DNA of 64,000 nt from the IMG/VR virus record IMGVR_UViG_3300046694_000223, positions 1 through 64,000 of that record. One strand, written 5' to 3'. Positions 41,558-52,531 of the stretch are shown piece by piece. Source of the stretch: a virus. The position numbers and the translations under genes are program-made. The notes under the pieces were generated by a model, which did no database searches, had not been told where the DNA came from, and worked only from the letters and a program-made list of their open reading frames with translations. Positions within the stretch are counted from its first letter, which is position 1; every line of letters starts with the position of its first letter.

Positions 41558-42262
41558 TTATTGGTTTGTAAAGTAAAATGTCCATCCTTTATAGGTGGGT
41601 GTTTTACCATTTAAACAATCAGAAACAGAAGATCTATTTAAATGGGGAAATTCTCTACAAAACTCCTTTAGACCAGTTCTTGGGTATTTTACTCCTTCTG
41701 GCGACATTGCTATAAATTCAAACTTACGCTTTTCATCGTCACGAAATTTATTGTTTATTTCTCTACTCACAAAGATACAAGTATCAAAAGAATAAATTTT
41801 GTTTGAGCGCCCCAATTGTTTGATATCTTTATCTAAAAAGATTTCGCCTTGTTTAAATAGTTTTTCGTCGTATCCTTCTATGGCAACCATATCTTTTAGA
41901 AAGTTAGAGAACGTCTTCCAGTGTTCAGAAACAGTCACTCCGTTGCCGCCATAGTTCGGATATGCTTTACACTTTGGCTCATAACATCTCTCTAACATAT
42001 CACTCCAAAGATTGTACTCTTTCTTACAATTAACCATCTTAATTTCACCCAAGGAACCGACCCCAAATACAGATGGGGTCAACTTATCCTTAATTTTGCC
42101 TCTTTTTATTTCAACCTTTTCAATATCACGTTCATAACCTGTTTTATTGAATCTAATACGATATACTTTATTCTTATTGGGTTTAATTCTGGATATATAA
42201 AGGACTTGGTACTCTTGATCAGAGTTATTTTTAAATATCATACCTATGAGTTCATCATCCAT
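41558..42262 (-). CDS. Free-standing homing-endonuclease-like protein with C-terminal NUMOD-like HTH
   Basis: PSVFGVG, W.DML.RCY, YPNYGG.G.TV, LDKD...YS..TC.FV; start overlaps the nrdF stop. Confidence 0.7.
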   Translation of the reverse strand: MDDELIGMIFKNNSDQEYQVLYISRIKPNKNKVYRIRFNKTGYERDIEKVEIKRGKIKDKLTPSVFGVGSLGEIKMVNCKKEYNLWSDMLERCYEPKCKAYPNYGGNGVTVSEHWKTFSNFLKDMVAIEGYDEKLFKQGEIFLDKDIKQLGRSNKIYSFDTCIFVSREINNKFRDDEKRKFEFIAMSPEGVKYPRTGLKEFCREFPHLNRSSVSDCLNGKTPTYKGWTFYFTNQ

Positions 42263-43232
42263 TAAAATAAAAATCCTCATCTTTTAGTGCCTCTGTTACC
42301 GCCTTTTGATATGAATTACCTTTTAGTGAGAAGAAGTCCATAGACTTTGTTTTAGTGTCAAGGCCATTAATTACAACCGGATTGATTTCTTCATCTTCAA
42401 AATAAGTTTCTAACCCAAGGTTCTGCAAGGCTTTATTGGCATTATATCTAAGAAACTTTTTTACATCATGAGTCAATCCAAGATCATCGTACAGTTGTTC
42501 AGTATAAGTAAGTTCATTGTCATAAAGTCTCTTTAGAAGTTCAATAGAAAACTTGGTCAGCTCCTGTTTGATCGCATCTGATTGTTTGTTATACATCTCC
42601 TGTGCCAAGAGTCCGATGTAAACTCCATGAATAGATTCGTCTCTCAAAATCAAGTTAATAATCTCTCCACTTTGCATCATTCTTCCTTGTCCATAACAGA
42701 GTAAAGGATAATAGAAGCCACTATAAAACAGAAAACTTTCGAGATAAACAGACGCTACCATTGCTTTATACAATGAAATATCATCATTATCTTTTACATC
42801 ATTATAAATATTAACAATAGCACTGGCTTTCTTTTGAAGATATTTATTGTCTTTCACCCACTGGAATAACTCTTTGATTTCTTCGCTTGGGGCCAAGGTC
42901 ATGAAGATATTAGAATAAGACTTAGCATGTACTGCATTTTCCATCATAGCCATGAAATTAAGAACTGCTTTACGTTGATGTCCTTTAACCTGAGCAGCAA
43001 TCAATGGCATTCCTGTATTACCTTGCTCTGTATCAAGTAGGGTAAGCCCCGCTAGAGCCTTCTTATATGTATCCTTCTCTGGAATACTCATTGACTTCCA
43101 CATTAGCAAGTCTGAATTAAGAGAAATCTCTTCGGGCAACCAGAACTGTTTTACATTTTGATTATAGAACATCTGAGTGAATGAATCTTCTTCTGAAGAC
43201 CAATCTGCGGCATCATAGATTTTAGTAGTCAA
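42255..43232 (-). CDS. nrdF: Class Ib ribonucleotide reductase beta subunit
   Basis: [39 protein letters not shown]. Confidence 0.97.
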   Translation of the reverse strand: MTTKIYDAADWSSEEDSFTQMFYNQNVKQFWLPEEISLNSDLLMWKSMSIPEKDTYKKALAGLTLLDTEQGNTGMPLIAAQVKGHQRKAVLNFMAMMENAVHAKSYSNIFMTLAPSEEIKELFQWVKDNKYLQKKASAIVNIYNDVKDNDDISLYKAMVASVYLESFLFYSGFYYPLLCYGQGRMMQSGEIINLILRDESIHGVYIGLLAQEMYNKQSDAIKQELTKFSIELLKRLYDNELTYTEQLYDDLGLTHDVKKFLRYNANKALQNLGLETYFEDEEINPVVINGLDTKTKSMDFFSLKGNSYQKAVTEALKDEDFYFNG

Positions 43233-43250
43233 TAGATCAATCCTCCTTTT

Positions 43251-45347
43251 TTAAACTGAGCAAGACAGGCAAGTTTCACGAGAAGTGTCTTTTGTTCTCA
43301 TATAATATAGTGTTTTGATGCCTTTATGATGAGCATATAAGTCAATTCGATTCAAATCTCTGGTTGTGTGTGTATCCTTCAGGAATAGAGTAAAACTAAT
43401 CCCTTGGTCTACATGTTGCTGAATCGTAGCGATCATGTCTACAACTTTGAACATATCCATATCATATGCTTCTTTATAGAAGAACCATGTCTCAGGAGAC
43501 AGGTAGGGCATCGGATAATAGGTCTTGGAGTTACCATATGTTCGTTCTTCAATGCGTTCCATAATAGGCATTACGGAAGCCGTAGATGATTGCACATAGG
43601 AGATACTTCCTGTAGGTGCGATTGCTAGACGATATGAATGTCGAAGGCCATACTTCATAGTTTGAATCTTCAATTGTTCCCAATCTGTAGGGGAAGGAAT
43701 CATCATTCCATCAAAGAGAGTTTTGATTTTATCAAATTTTGGAGAGTAATCATTCTCAAGATACCTGTCAAAGTATTTACCAGAGGCATAATCACTATCT
43801 TCAAATCGATAAAACTTTTTACCAGACTCTTTAGCAATCTCCATCGAACGCTTAATAGAATAGTAGTTAACCATCATAAAGAACGTATTTGCAAAGTCTC
43901 TTCCCTGTTCGCTTTCATACGAAATCTTATTCTTTGCCAAGTATCCATGTAAATTCATTGCGCCAAGTCCAATAGAGGCCATCAATTTATTAGCCTTGCT
44001 AACCGCTGGAGCATTTTTTATATCTGTTTTTTCAGAAACAACAGTCAAGGCATCCACGCCAATCTCAACTGTTTCTGCTAGAGATTTATTCTCCATTACA
44101 TTAACAATATTGATTGAGCTAAGGTTGCAGGATACATCAAGTCCAAGAATATCTTCTTCCTTGTAGTCTGTGTAATTAGAAACATCGGTCAATTGAAGTA
44201 TTTCGACACATAAATTTGAGAATTTAACTTTGCCAATTTCCTTGAGTGCATGAACAGCATTAACATTGTCTTCAAACATGATGTATGGATATCCAGATTC
44301 AAATCTTAATGCAGCCATCTTCTCAAGTAGTTTACGTGGGTTAATTTTATCTTTTCTCACATTTGGATTCTGAGCTAATTCATCGTACATTTTGCCCATG
44401 TCCATATCATCAAGATGTTGACCATATTCCTTATAAACTGTATAGGGATAGAAAATATAAGCATCTTTATCTTCTCTTGCTAATTCGATAAATTTATCTG
44501 GAATAACTACGCCGATGGATAGAGTTTTAACACGAACATCTTCATCTGCGCTAATTTTTTTAGTATCGATAAAATCATTAATATCTGCATGAAACACATT
44601 TAGGTATGTTGCTCCAGATCCTTGTCTTTGCCCCATCTGATCCGCATAACGAAAGGCGTTATCCAAGAGCTTCATTACACCCACAACACCCTTAGTGGCA
44701 TTCTCAATTCCTTTGATGGCTTCTCCTTTTGCTCTAATTTTAGAGAGATTTAGTGAAACTCCACCACCAACTTTACTAAGCTGCATAGACATATCCACTG
44801 CTTTGGAGATATCATTTAGTGAATCATTAACCTCCATCAAGAAGCAGCTTACCAGCTCTCCCCTACGCTTACGTCCAGCATTTAAGAATGAAGGTGTACT
44901 TGGCTGAATTTCTTGATTAATAAGTGCCTTAACGAGTTTCTGAGCTTTAATATAATCACCATCTGCTAAGTAAAGGGCAACAATTGATACCCGATCCTCA
45001 TAACGTTCCAGGATCTTCTTTTTATCGTTTGTCTTGAGCGCGTAATCATTATAGAATTTAAATGCGCTCATAAATGATGGGAATCGAAATTTCTTAGAAT
45101 AGGCAATATCGAATACATATTTAATCTGATCATATGTATATTTACTTAGAAACTCTTCTTCGTAATAATCATTTTCAATAAGATAATCTAACTTTTCCTT
45201 TAGATTGTGAAAGAACACTGTATTCTGGTTAATATGATCAATAAAATAACTCTTTACAGCATCCTTATCCTTATCGAATTGATACTGTCCATTTTGTTGA
45301 ATCATGATCTCATTGTTCAAACTAATATATTTTTTTGTGTTAGACAA
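43251..45347 (-). CDS. nrdE: Class Ib ribonucleotide reductase alpha subunit
   Basis: PSTPSFLNAG, VSCFL, SNLCVEI, IAPTGSIS, KTLYY, C-terminal CLSC. Confidence 0.97.
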   Translation of the reverse strand: MSNTKKYISLNNEIMIQQNGQYQFDKDKDAVKSYFIDHINQNTVFFHNLKEKLDYLIENDYYEEEFLSKYTYDQIKYVFDIAYSKKFRFPSFMSAFKFYNDYALKTNDKKKILERYEDRVSIVALYLADGDYIKAQKLVKALINQEIQPSTPSFLNAGRKRRGELVSCFLMEVNDSLNDISKAVDMSMQLSKVGGGVSLNLSKIRAKGEAIKGIENATKGVVGVMKLLDNAFRYADQMGQRQGSGATYLNVFHADINDFIDTKKISADEDVRVKTLSIGVVIPDKFIELAREDKDAYIFYPYTVYKEYGQHLDDMDMGKMYDELAQNPNVRKDKINPRKLLEKMAALRFESGYPYIMFEDNVNAVHALKEIGKVKFSNLCVEILQLTDVSNYTDYKEEDILGLDVSCNLSSINIVNVMENKSLAETVEIGVDALTVVSEKTDIKNAPAVSKANKLMASIGLGAMNLHGYLAKNKISYESEQGRDFANTFFMMVNYYSIKRSMEIAKESGKKFYRFEDSDYASGKYFDRYLENDYSPKFDKIKTLFDGMMIPSPTDWEQLKIQTMKYGLRHSYRLAIAPTGSISYVQSSTASVMPIMERIEERTYGNSKTYYPMPYLSPETWFFYKEAYDMDMFKVVDMIATIQQHVDQGISFTLFLKDTHTTRDLNRIDLYAHHKGIKTLYYMRTKDTSRETCLSCSV

Positions 45348-45702
45348 TATTCAATACCTCCTGTTTTATCTTTTCTATGTCATTTTTATTTCCAGATAGT
45401 TCAAACTTATGTAATAGAGGCACATTATATTGTTTCGATATTTTTTCTGCTGCTCCGCAGTAATGCTGGCCCCAGTTGATGTTCCCACTTCCTATTACAC
45501 CTTTTATGTTTGTGTGATTATAAGCTAGGAAAAGATTAACTGATTTTGGCACTTCTCCAAATCCAGTCGTGTATGTAATTAATACATACGGTTCATTAAT
45601 AATTAAATCGGGAGTTATTTTTATACTTCTCATTTCTAATTTATCAATAAACCTTTGAACATTCCCTGTTAATGAATCATATACAACAAGCAATTTAACC
45701 AC
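45340..45702 (-). CDS. nrdI: NrdI flavodoxin
   Basis: YDSLTGNVQRF, YTTGFGEVP, SGNINWG, KFELSG. Confidence 0.95.
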   Translation of the reverse strand: MVKLLVVYDSLTGNVQRFIDKLEMRSIKITPDLIINEPYVLITYTTGFGEVPKSVNLFLAYNHTNIKGVIGSGNINWGQHYCGAAEKISKQYNVPLLHKFELSGNKNDIEKIKQEVLNIV

Positions 45703-45707
45703 CTCCT

Positions 45708-46220
45708 TTACTCATTTAAGGGTAGAAGAATTTCCTTTCCGCATTTTATACTTTCTTGAATTAAAATCACATTTTGGTTGCTACTGCCCCTGTGGGCTAA
45801 ATTGAGATTTTTTAATTCCCCAACAAATTTCCCATCAACGAGCACATCACAATATTTTAATATATTCAATTTTGAATCATCAGATATGATTTGTTGATAT
45901 GTGTAACCACTCCATACCCATATCTGTTTTTCATCTCCATATTCTTTTTTGATTCTAACTAGCAACTTCTCTAACATTGGATCACTAGAACTTTCAATTG
46001 GATCTCCACCTAGCAAACAAAAAGAAGAAATATAATCTGGAGATAGTGCTTCGATAATTTCATCAATTGTGTCATCGGTAAACAATTTGCCAAATTTAAA
46101 GTTCCATGTTTCTGGGTTAAAACATCCAGGACACATGTGACGGCATCCGCTTATGAATGTCGTCACAGAAAATCCTTTAGAATTAATTACATCATATTTA
46201 TATATTGCGCTGTAATACAT
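45708..46220 (-). CDS. nrdG: Anaerobic RNR activase (radical SAM)
   Basis: GCRHMCPGCFNPETW, LGGDP, RGSSNQ. Confidence 0.95.
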   Translation of the reverse strand: MYYSAIYKYDVINSKGFSVTTFISGCRHMCPGCFNPETWNFKFGKLFTDDTIDEIIEALSPDYISSFCLLGGDPIESSSDPMLEKLLVRIKKEYGDEKQIWVWSGYTYQQIISDDSKLNILKYCDVLVDGKFVGELKNLNLAHRGSSNQNVILIQESIKCGKEILLPLNE

Positions 46221-46221
46221 A

Positions 46222-48363
46222 TCATTTTTGTCCTTTATAGTGTTTAACTCTGCTATGTATTTCCTTCATTTTTCCATCAATTGTGGCTCTTTCGGCAAAG
46301 GAACCTAGATATCCAGAAACTCTTCGAACAATACTGAGCATAGTTTTCTCGCTATTGCCGCACTGAGGACAAACATAATCATTCTTATTTACTGTCTGTG
46401 GTTCAATTTCACCCTTATATCCACATGACAAGCACACATCAGAAGATACGTTTACTCCAAAATAATGTGTTTTGTCATAAGCGTATCGAATGATTGTTTC
46501 CAGTGCTTCGACATTGTGAATCATATTGCCAAACTGTACATATTGAATTGCTCCACCGCTTGCAATTTTCGAGAAATTGGCCTCAGTATCAATTTTATCA
46601 AATGGAGAAATGTCATATGTTGCTGGTACATGGAATGAGTTTTCATAATATCCAAGGTTTGTTACGCCGTTGATAATGCCAAAATCCTCAGAATCTTTCT
46701 TACACGCTTTTGTGGCATACACCTCGGCAGGAGTACTATAAATTGAGAAACCAATTCCTGTTTCAGTTTTCAGTTTATCGGCATAATCTCTCATGTATTG
46801 AATTATCTTTACTCCCTTTTGAAGCATCTCATCATTGGATAAAAATGAATCTCCATATAGAGCATTCATACAATTGTACAATCCGAGATATCCAATACTT
46901 GCGGTAGAATAACTATTATCAAGCAGATGATCAATTGTTTCTTCGGGTTCCAGTCTAGCCACCGCACCGCTACAATATAGGATAGGAGCCTGTTTTGCTT
47001 TGACTCCCTTCAGCAGTCCTCTTCGGAACATCAAAACATCCTTAGTTAATTCAAGATATTTATCCAGGAGTTTATAGAAACCCTTTTCGTCTCCTTCAGA
47101 TTTCAATGCCAATCTCGTTAAATTGATTGTAACAACACCGAAATTAAATCTTCCAAGTGTTTTGTCATTCCCAAATTCATCAATAAATCGTGGTAAAAAT
47201 GATCTACAGCTCATTGGGGCCTTATGACTTCCTGTTGTCTCAACCAGCTTATCGTAGTTGATGTAATCAGGATAAAGCCGTTTAGAAGAACATCTTGTTG
47301 CTAATTTAAAAATGTCATAATTCTTATCACTAGGATCAAGGTTTAATCCTCTTTTTAAGGTGTATACGATTTTTGGGAATACGGGAGTAACATCACCCTC
47401 AAATCCCCGAAGTCTGATATTCAAAAAAGACTTTTGAATTAGTCTACAGAACTCACTCTCGCCCAATCCAAACTCAACAGTGACGAAAGGCACTTCTCCC
47501 CGAGAATTGGTCAATGTTTGGATTTCGTATTCGAATGCTTGTGCTGCGTCATAGACTTCTTTTTCGAGGCGTTCCCAAGCATAGTCTCTTGCTGGCTCTT
47601 CGGTCTTAAGCCACTTGAGTCCGACTTCATAATGTTTGTTATATGATTTAATTGCGTATGGTTCAAGTCCAGTACACAGAGAAGGTAATGTTACACCGCC
47701 ATAGCAATTAGAACTTACGTGGGCCACGATCTGGGAAAGTAAAGCGATAGCCGTTGTAATCCCTTTTGGAGTGCTTATTTTAGTGTTTCCCACCTCAAAT
47801 CCATTCTCTAACATGTCAATCCAATTGATGAGAGTACAATTGAAGAATGGAATTGCCATGTAATTGTAATCGTGAATATAAATGCTTCCCTCTTCGTGAG
47901 CATCATTAAAACGTCCAGGAACAATTCTACGCTTTGCATAATCTTTACAAGCAATATCAGCAATCATTGCTCGATATGTTTGAAATTTATCTCCAGCCTT
48001 GTTTGCGTTATTGACAACTTCCTCAGAAGTCATATCAAACAATCCTTGGATTTCTCTATCTATATTGTTAACACTATTTCTTTCTTCGTTCCGTTTAAAC
48101 CGATATCTTATGTATTCTTGTGCTACGTCTTTCCTATTAGACAACATCAGATGCAACTCTACACTGTTCTGGATCATCTCGATGTCGTGTGGCTCTTTTT
48201 CTTTGGATAGTTTATGTTCAACTTTATTTGCTACATTCTCAGCAACTTCTTCATCAATGCCCTTTTCAGTCCTTGCCATAGCCTTCAGGATTGCATTTAC
48301 AATCTTCTGCTTATCAAACTGAACAACGGTTCCATCTCTCTTTGTAACTTGCGTATGCGTCAT
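46222..48363 (-). CDS. nrdD: Class III anaerobic ribonucleotide reductase
   Basis: ATP cone (VTKRDG), IYIHD, MSCRS, zinc site CLSC...CPQC, glycyl-radical loop RRVSGYL. Confidence 0.96.
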   Translation of the reverse strand: MTHTQVTKRDGTVVQFDKQKIVNAILKAMARTEKGIDEEVAENVANKVEHKLSKEKEPHDIEMIQNSVELHLMLSNRKDVAQEYIRYRFKRNEERNSVNNIDREIQGLFDMTSEEVVNNANKAGDKFQTYRAMIADIACKDYAKRRIVPGRFNDAHEEGSIYIHDYNYMAIPFFNCTLINWIDMLENGFEVGNTKISTPKGITTAIALLSQIVAHVSSNCYGGVTLPSLCTGLEPYAIKSYNKHYEVGLKWLKTEEPARDYAWERLEKEVYDAAQAFEYEIQTLTNSRGEVPFVTVEFGLGESEFCRLIQKSFLNIRLRGFEGDVTPVFPKIVYTLKRGLNLDPSDKNYDIFKLATRCSSKRLYPDYINYDKLVETTGSHKAPMSCRSFLPRFIDEFGNDKTLGRFNFGVVTINLTRLALKSEGDEKGFYKLLDKYLELTKDVLMFRRGLLKGVKAKQAPILYCSGAVARLEPEETIDHLLDNSYSTASIGYLGLYNCMNALYGDSFLSNDEMLQKGVKIIQYMRDYADKLKTETGIGFSIYSTPAEVYATKACKKDSEDFGIINGVTNLGYYENSFHVPATYDISPFDKIDTEANFSKIASGGAIQYVQFGNMIHNVEALETIIRYAYDKTHYFGVNVSSDVCLSCGYKGEIEPQTVNKNDYVCPQCGNSEKTMLSIVRRVSGYLGSFAERATIDGKMKEIHSRVKHYKGQK

Positions 48364-48374
48364 CTCCTAGTGTC

Positions 48375-48614
48375 TTAATCAATCCCTAAAATCACAAATC
48401 CCTCTTTTACATAATTCGGATCATCGAAAACATAAATTACTTCTCGTTCAAACCAGTCTCCCGCATATATTTCTTCGTCGGGAATCCATTCGTGTAAAAC
48501 TAAAATGTCGCCAACTTCATAATCTCGATCATTTCTTCTTACTTCAAATGGCTTGAATCGATGCTTTACTTGAGAGAAATAAGGCTGAACTAGTTTGAGA
48601 TCAATCCGCTTCAT
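48375..48614 (-). CDS. DUF3850/ASCH-like protein
   Basis: LK..PYF......K.FEVRRNDRDYEVGD.L.L.E. Confidence 0.8.
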   Translation of the reverse strand: MKRIDLKLVQPYFSQVKHRFKPFEVRRNDRDYEVGDILVLHEWIPDEEIYAGDWFEREVIYVFDDPNYVKEGFVILGID

Positions 48615-50083
48615 TACACCAACTCTGATTTCTTCTTATAATTAACAACGATTTCAACATAGTCGCCATCTTGTAATTGATAGAAATGGTTTCGGTGATA
48701 CATTGCACCATCAATTCCCTCTAATAAATCCGAAGAGTTCTCCAGATTATTATTTTCGTCTTTAATATACCATCGTTCGCTTTGTTCGACTAAAGTTCCT
48801 TTTATGATAATATTATTCAACCTACGCACCCTTTCTTGATAAAATATTATTTTTATTAATTATTTTTTACTCTTGGAATCCTTCATTGTAAAACTGTAAA
48901 AACATTTGCGATAAGCTCAACAACGTTTCTTTTTTAATCTCTGCTACTTTCTCTCCATCAATAATGAAAGAAACTGTTTTTGGATCAATGGATTCAAGCA
49001 TATATTCTGCAAACGAAAGTGGTGTACGACCTTCTGAGTTTAGATTCTCTTTGTCCATAGTGTAGATACAAATTGCTTTCTTCGTGAATGTTGTCATTTA
49101 TTTATTCTCCTATTTTCATATTTTTATTAATTATTCAATACCTTACATCTGCAACCTCAATCATCTCTCCCACTCTCAGCACATTGCCTTGATCAAAGAA
49201 TTTATCCATCGCATATTTAACAGCCATCTCTTCCATCTGTCCAATATCAATCTCTTCTTCATCCGAAGAAACCTCCAGACAGTCACTCGCATCAACGAAT
49301 ACATTAAAATTAAATTTACTATCCAACACTCCACTATCTTTATATGTAGCAAGTTCTACAGTAAACAGAATTCCCGTATCCACTCTACTCCTCCTTTCCC
49401 ATTTGATCATAATAAATTCTCATATCAAATTCTCTCCAGGCTTCATACCAAACTTTTTCATCTAAAGCATCCATCTTTTTAAATTCCTTTGCTCCAATAA
49501 AATCTCTGAGCCTCTTCTTCACATAAACATCTTCATGTAATTGAGATTCATTATCTGTTCCAACATCACTTTTGAAACAATCGTATAATGCATCTCCCAA
49601 ACTTATGTATGTTTTATTCAACTCTTCTTAATAACACCTCCATATTCTCCGACCTCATAACCATCTGGAAGATCAACGATGTCCCACTGAGATAGGATAG
49701 CATCTAGTCTGTTACCCAATACTTTACCAAATGCTCCACTTTCATCAAAAAAGTGTACTGATCCGCCGAACATAGAATATTCAAGTGTTCCAAGAGTCCC
49801 ATCTTCTTTGTGCTTAAGAATTGTCTTCAACTTCTAACCTCCTATATTATCATTATATTTATTATTTAAATATTTGTCAACATGTTTCGTAATCAATTAT
49901 GTAATTGCCATCTTCGCTAAAATATAATTCACTTGTCGCCACAAACACACATTTACCATCATGTGAAACCGGAGCGATATTATCAAACATTCTAAAGCAA
50001 TCACCTTGTTTTAGATTATAAAATAGTGTTGGCTCCCATTTACCATTGACCAGTTTTTGAGTTGTTCTGATTACTCTACTCAC
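48614..50083 (-). CDS. Run of small hypothetical genes (48614, 48867, 49135, 49385, 49618, 49877)
   Basis: Co-oriented short ORFs. Confidence 0.6.
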
Positions 50084-50490
50084 TTCAAAAACTTCTCAAT
50101 CTCATTAATTTCAAGCTCAACCTTTTTGTCGTCAGATAATAGTTGATCCAGTTTGACTTCCATTGCTTTTAGCTTTGTTTCTTCTTCTTTCTTACCAAGA
50201 ATATTAAGTTTTGATTTAAGATCAGCAATCCAATCCATAACATTGTATCCGCTAAGATTATAATCCTCTAACACACCTAGTTCATTTGCCGAAATAGCAT
50301 AAGAATTAAGTTTAACCATTAACAATAGAATCTGTTCCTTGCTAAGAACATTGATATTATGTCTAATGCCATCAATTTCAATAGAACAATTAGTGACTGG
50401 AGTAAACTTCTGCAACTTACCAACTTGCTTCTTTTTGTCTTCAATCTGCTTCTTAAGTTCTAGAATTTTTTGATCATTGTTATTTGCCAT
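50080..50490 (-). CDS. Hypothetical helical protein coupled to the upstream gene
   Basis: ATG after ggagg. Confidence 0.6.
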   Translation of the reverse strand: MANNNDQKILELKKQIEDKKKQVGKLQKFTPVTNCSIEIDGIRHNINVLSKEQILLLMVKLNSYAISANELGVLEDYNLSGYNVMDWIADLKSKLNILGKKEEETKLKAMEVKLDQLLSDDKKVELEINEIEKFLK

Positions 50491-50491
50491 C

Positions 50492-51616
50492 TTAACCAAT
50501 CCTCCGATATAGTTTTCCATTTTCTAAATACTCGTTCTTGTACATTGGTGAATAAAGTTCATAAACAGTGTGGATATCACCAATATAAATTCTCTCATAT
50601 TCACGATTGGTAGCAACATAGTTACCATCTTTGTAGAACTGGCTTGTATTTATATCATAGTGAACTCGTTCAGTCTTATCTGGTTCAATATATAGGTCAA
50701 CAACACTTCCCCAGTGGGTATCTTTGAATTCTTTGTTTTTAATATATTCCTCAAAATCACTCAATGAATAAAGCATCCACTCGTCTTTTGACTTATCTCT
50801 ATGAGAATATTCAGTCTGTCTTTCTACCCAATCAAACCATTCAGCATAATCCTCTGCACATTCGCTTGAAACAACTTCGATGAATCTATCTCCTAGTGAC
50901 TTGATTGTTGATAATGTTTTATACTTCTCTCCATGAGTATATTCTGATTCTTTCACAAAGAAATGATGCTTCCCCTTTGAAATGTTGTGATAGACATATG
51001 TATACTGCGGAGAACTCCAGTAACCACTCGATTTACCCGTTAAAATCTGTTCAGACTTAGTATCCTTCAGATCGAATCTGCCCATGTAAATCCACTCTTG
51101 ATTATCTTTAGATTTATAAGTAGCCCCAATAATCAAATCTTTAGCTTTTACAAAATTCTTCTCATGTAGAATTTTATTGAATGAGCTTATCTCTTGGTAG
51201 TCTGGAGATTCTACGGGTAGTAAAACCAATTCCTTTCCATCCCAAGCATAAACGAACTCCCCTTCGAGTCCTTTACCTTTAATTGAGTTTGCATTTTCCA
51301 GGATATAAAGTAAGTTCTCGATAGTTATCTCAAATTCGAAATTGCGCTCGTCGTATATTCTGACGTAGGCCTGCCGATGATTCCAATCGGACGTATAATC
51401 TCCTACCTTTTTATTCATCACAAATCCAGACGTAGGTAGATTTATATATTCTTCTGTTTCTATATCTTTATCTATCCAATTAATCCATGATTTTTCTTTT
51501 CGTAGGACTCCTTTATGATCATAATAGATGACATATGCTAACTTGCCTGTGTAAGTATTGTCTCTTTTTTGAAATCCCACCTTTATTTTTTGTGGTATAA
51601 AAATAGAACTTTTCAT
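50492..51616 (-). CDS. Phage hypothetical protein, apparent target of the adjacent endonuclease insertion
   Basis: Start MKSSIFIPQKIKVGFQ after aggaggg RBS. Confidence 0.7.
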   Translation of the reverse strand: MKSSIFIPQKIKVGFQKRDNTYTGKLAYVIYYDHKGVLRKEKSWINWIDKDIETEEYINLPTSGFVMNKKVGDYTSDWNHRQAYVRIYDERNFEFEITIENLLYILENANSIKGKGLEGEFVYAWDGKELVLLPVESPDYQEISSFNKILHEKNFVKAKDLIIGATYKSKDNQEWIYMGRFDLKDTKSEQILTGKSSGYWSSPQYTYVYHNISKGKHHFFVKESEYTHGEKYKTLSTIKSLGDRFIEVVSSECAEDYAEWFDWVERQTEYSHRDKSKDEWMLYSLSDFEEYIKNKEFKDTHWGSVVDLYIEPDKTERVHYDINTSQFYKDGNYVATNREYERIYIGDIHTVYELYSPMYKNEYLENGKLYRRIG

Positions 51617-51626
51617 ATTTGCCCTC

Positions 51627-52394
51627 CTAGTCATTCATTTCTACTTCATAATTTAATAATGCTTGATATAATTTATAAGGAATTTTGCTTTTATACTTCT
51701 CAACGACCTCTTTAATATGTGATTCCTTGCATAACTTATAACAGTCAAAAGCTTCCACTTCTTCGTTCAGCTCAAAAACGCCAATGCAAATTCTTTTGTT
51801 TGTGATTTGGTTTGTGTATTGTACTTTTAATTTATTTGCCCTTGGGTCAAAGTGGACTCCGATAGGATAACTCCCTCTTCTTGTATTGCACTTATTAAGT
51901 ATTGAATTAATATTGTGTGGTACGAATATACATGTCTCCGGCGAATAAACTTTATTGCCTTTGACAAGTAAATCTTTATCTAATTCGAGTTGTTCATTGT
52001 TGATATTGTAATAATTTTCTTCGCACCACTTTGCGAAATTTTGATAGTTGTGCCACTCTTCGCAAACTGTGCAACCTACATAAGATATATTGTTTTTAGT
52101 CTGATCTCCATAACATCTATTTAGCATATTAACCCACTTAGAATAAAACAAAGATTTTTGTCCATTGTATCTTGATTTATATGTCCCGCTGCCCATATAA
52201 CCCACGCCGCATACAAAAGGAAAATATGAATTCTTTATAGAGCCTGATTTTACCTGATTCCATTTCACATTCTTTTCATAACCAAAAATATCTAAAAATT
52301 TAATTCTAATATTTCGTGTATTAGTATAACTAATTATTGTAAATTTACTTCCCTGTGTATTTGTATAAATCTTTTTTTCTCTTTCGTTTAACAT
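51627..52394 (-). CDS. Free-standing homing-endonuclease-like protein (same family as 41558-42262)
   Basis: P.VCGVGY, W.NML.RCY, TVCEEWHNYQNF, LDKD...YSPETCIFVP; AP2-like C-terminus PIGVHF. Confidence 0.75.
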   Translation of the reverse strand: MLNEREKKIYTNTQGSKFTIISYTNTRNIRIKFLDIFGYEKNVKWNQVKSGSIKNSYFPFVCGVGYMGSGTYKSRYNGQKSLFYSKWVNMLNRCYGDQTKNNISYVGCTVCEEWHNYQNFAKWCEENYYNINNEQLELDKDLLVKGNKVYSPETCIFVPHNINSILNKCNTRRGSYPIGVHFDPRANKLKVQYTNQITNKRICIGVFELNEEVEAFDCYKLCKESHIKEVVEKYKSKIPYKLYQALLNYEVEMND

Positions 52395-52405
52395 ATGATT
52401 ATCCT

Positions 52406-52489
52406 CTATGCCAATTTCTTCGTATATGTATCGTTGCGATCCTGGAAACCAACTTTAATCTTTTGTGGTACAAATATATTTGTTTTAAT
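52406..52489 (-). pseudogene. Orphaned 5' fragment (27 codons) of the 50492-51616 gene
   Basis: IKTNIFVPQKIKVGFQDRNDTYTKKLA* versus MKSSIFIPQKIKVGFQKRDNTYTGKLAY. Confidence 0.85.
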
Positions 52490-52531
52490 ATTTATTCACC
52501 CTTTCAATTTTTTCATTTATAGCACATTTAC

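Noticed and set aside
42255-45347. Group I introns or intein in nrdE/nrdF, as in SPbeta
   Set aside because: Both ORFs are continuous and of normal length (698 and 325 aa), with motifs in order.
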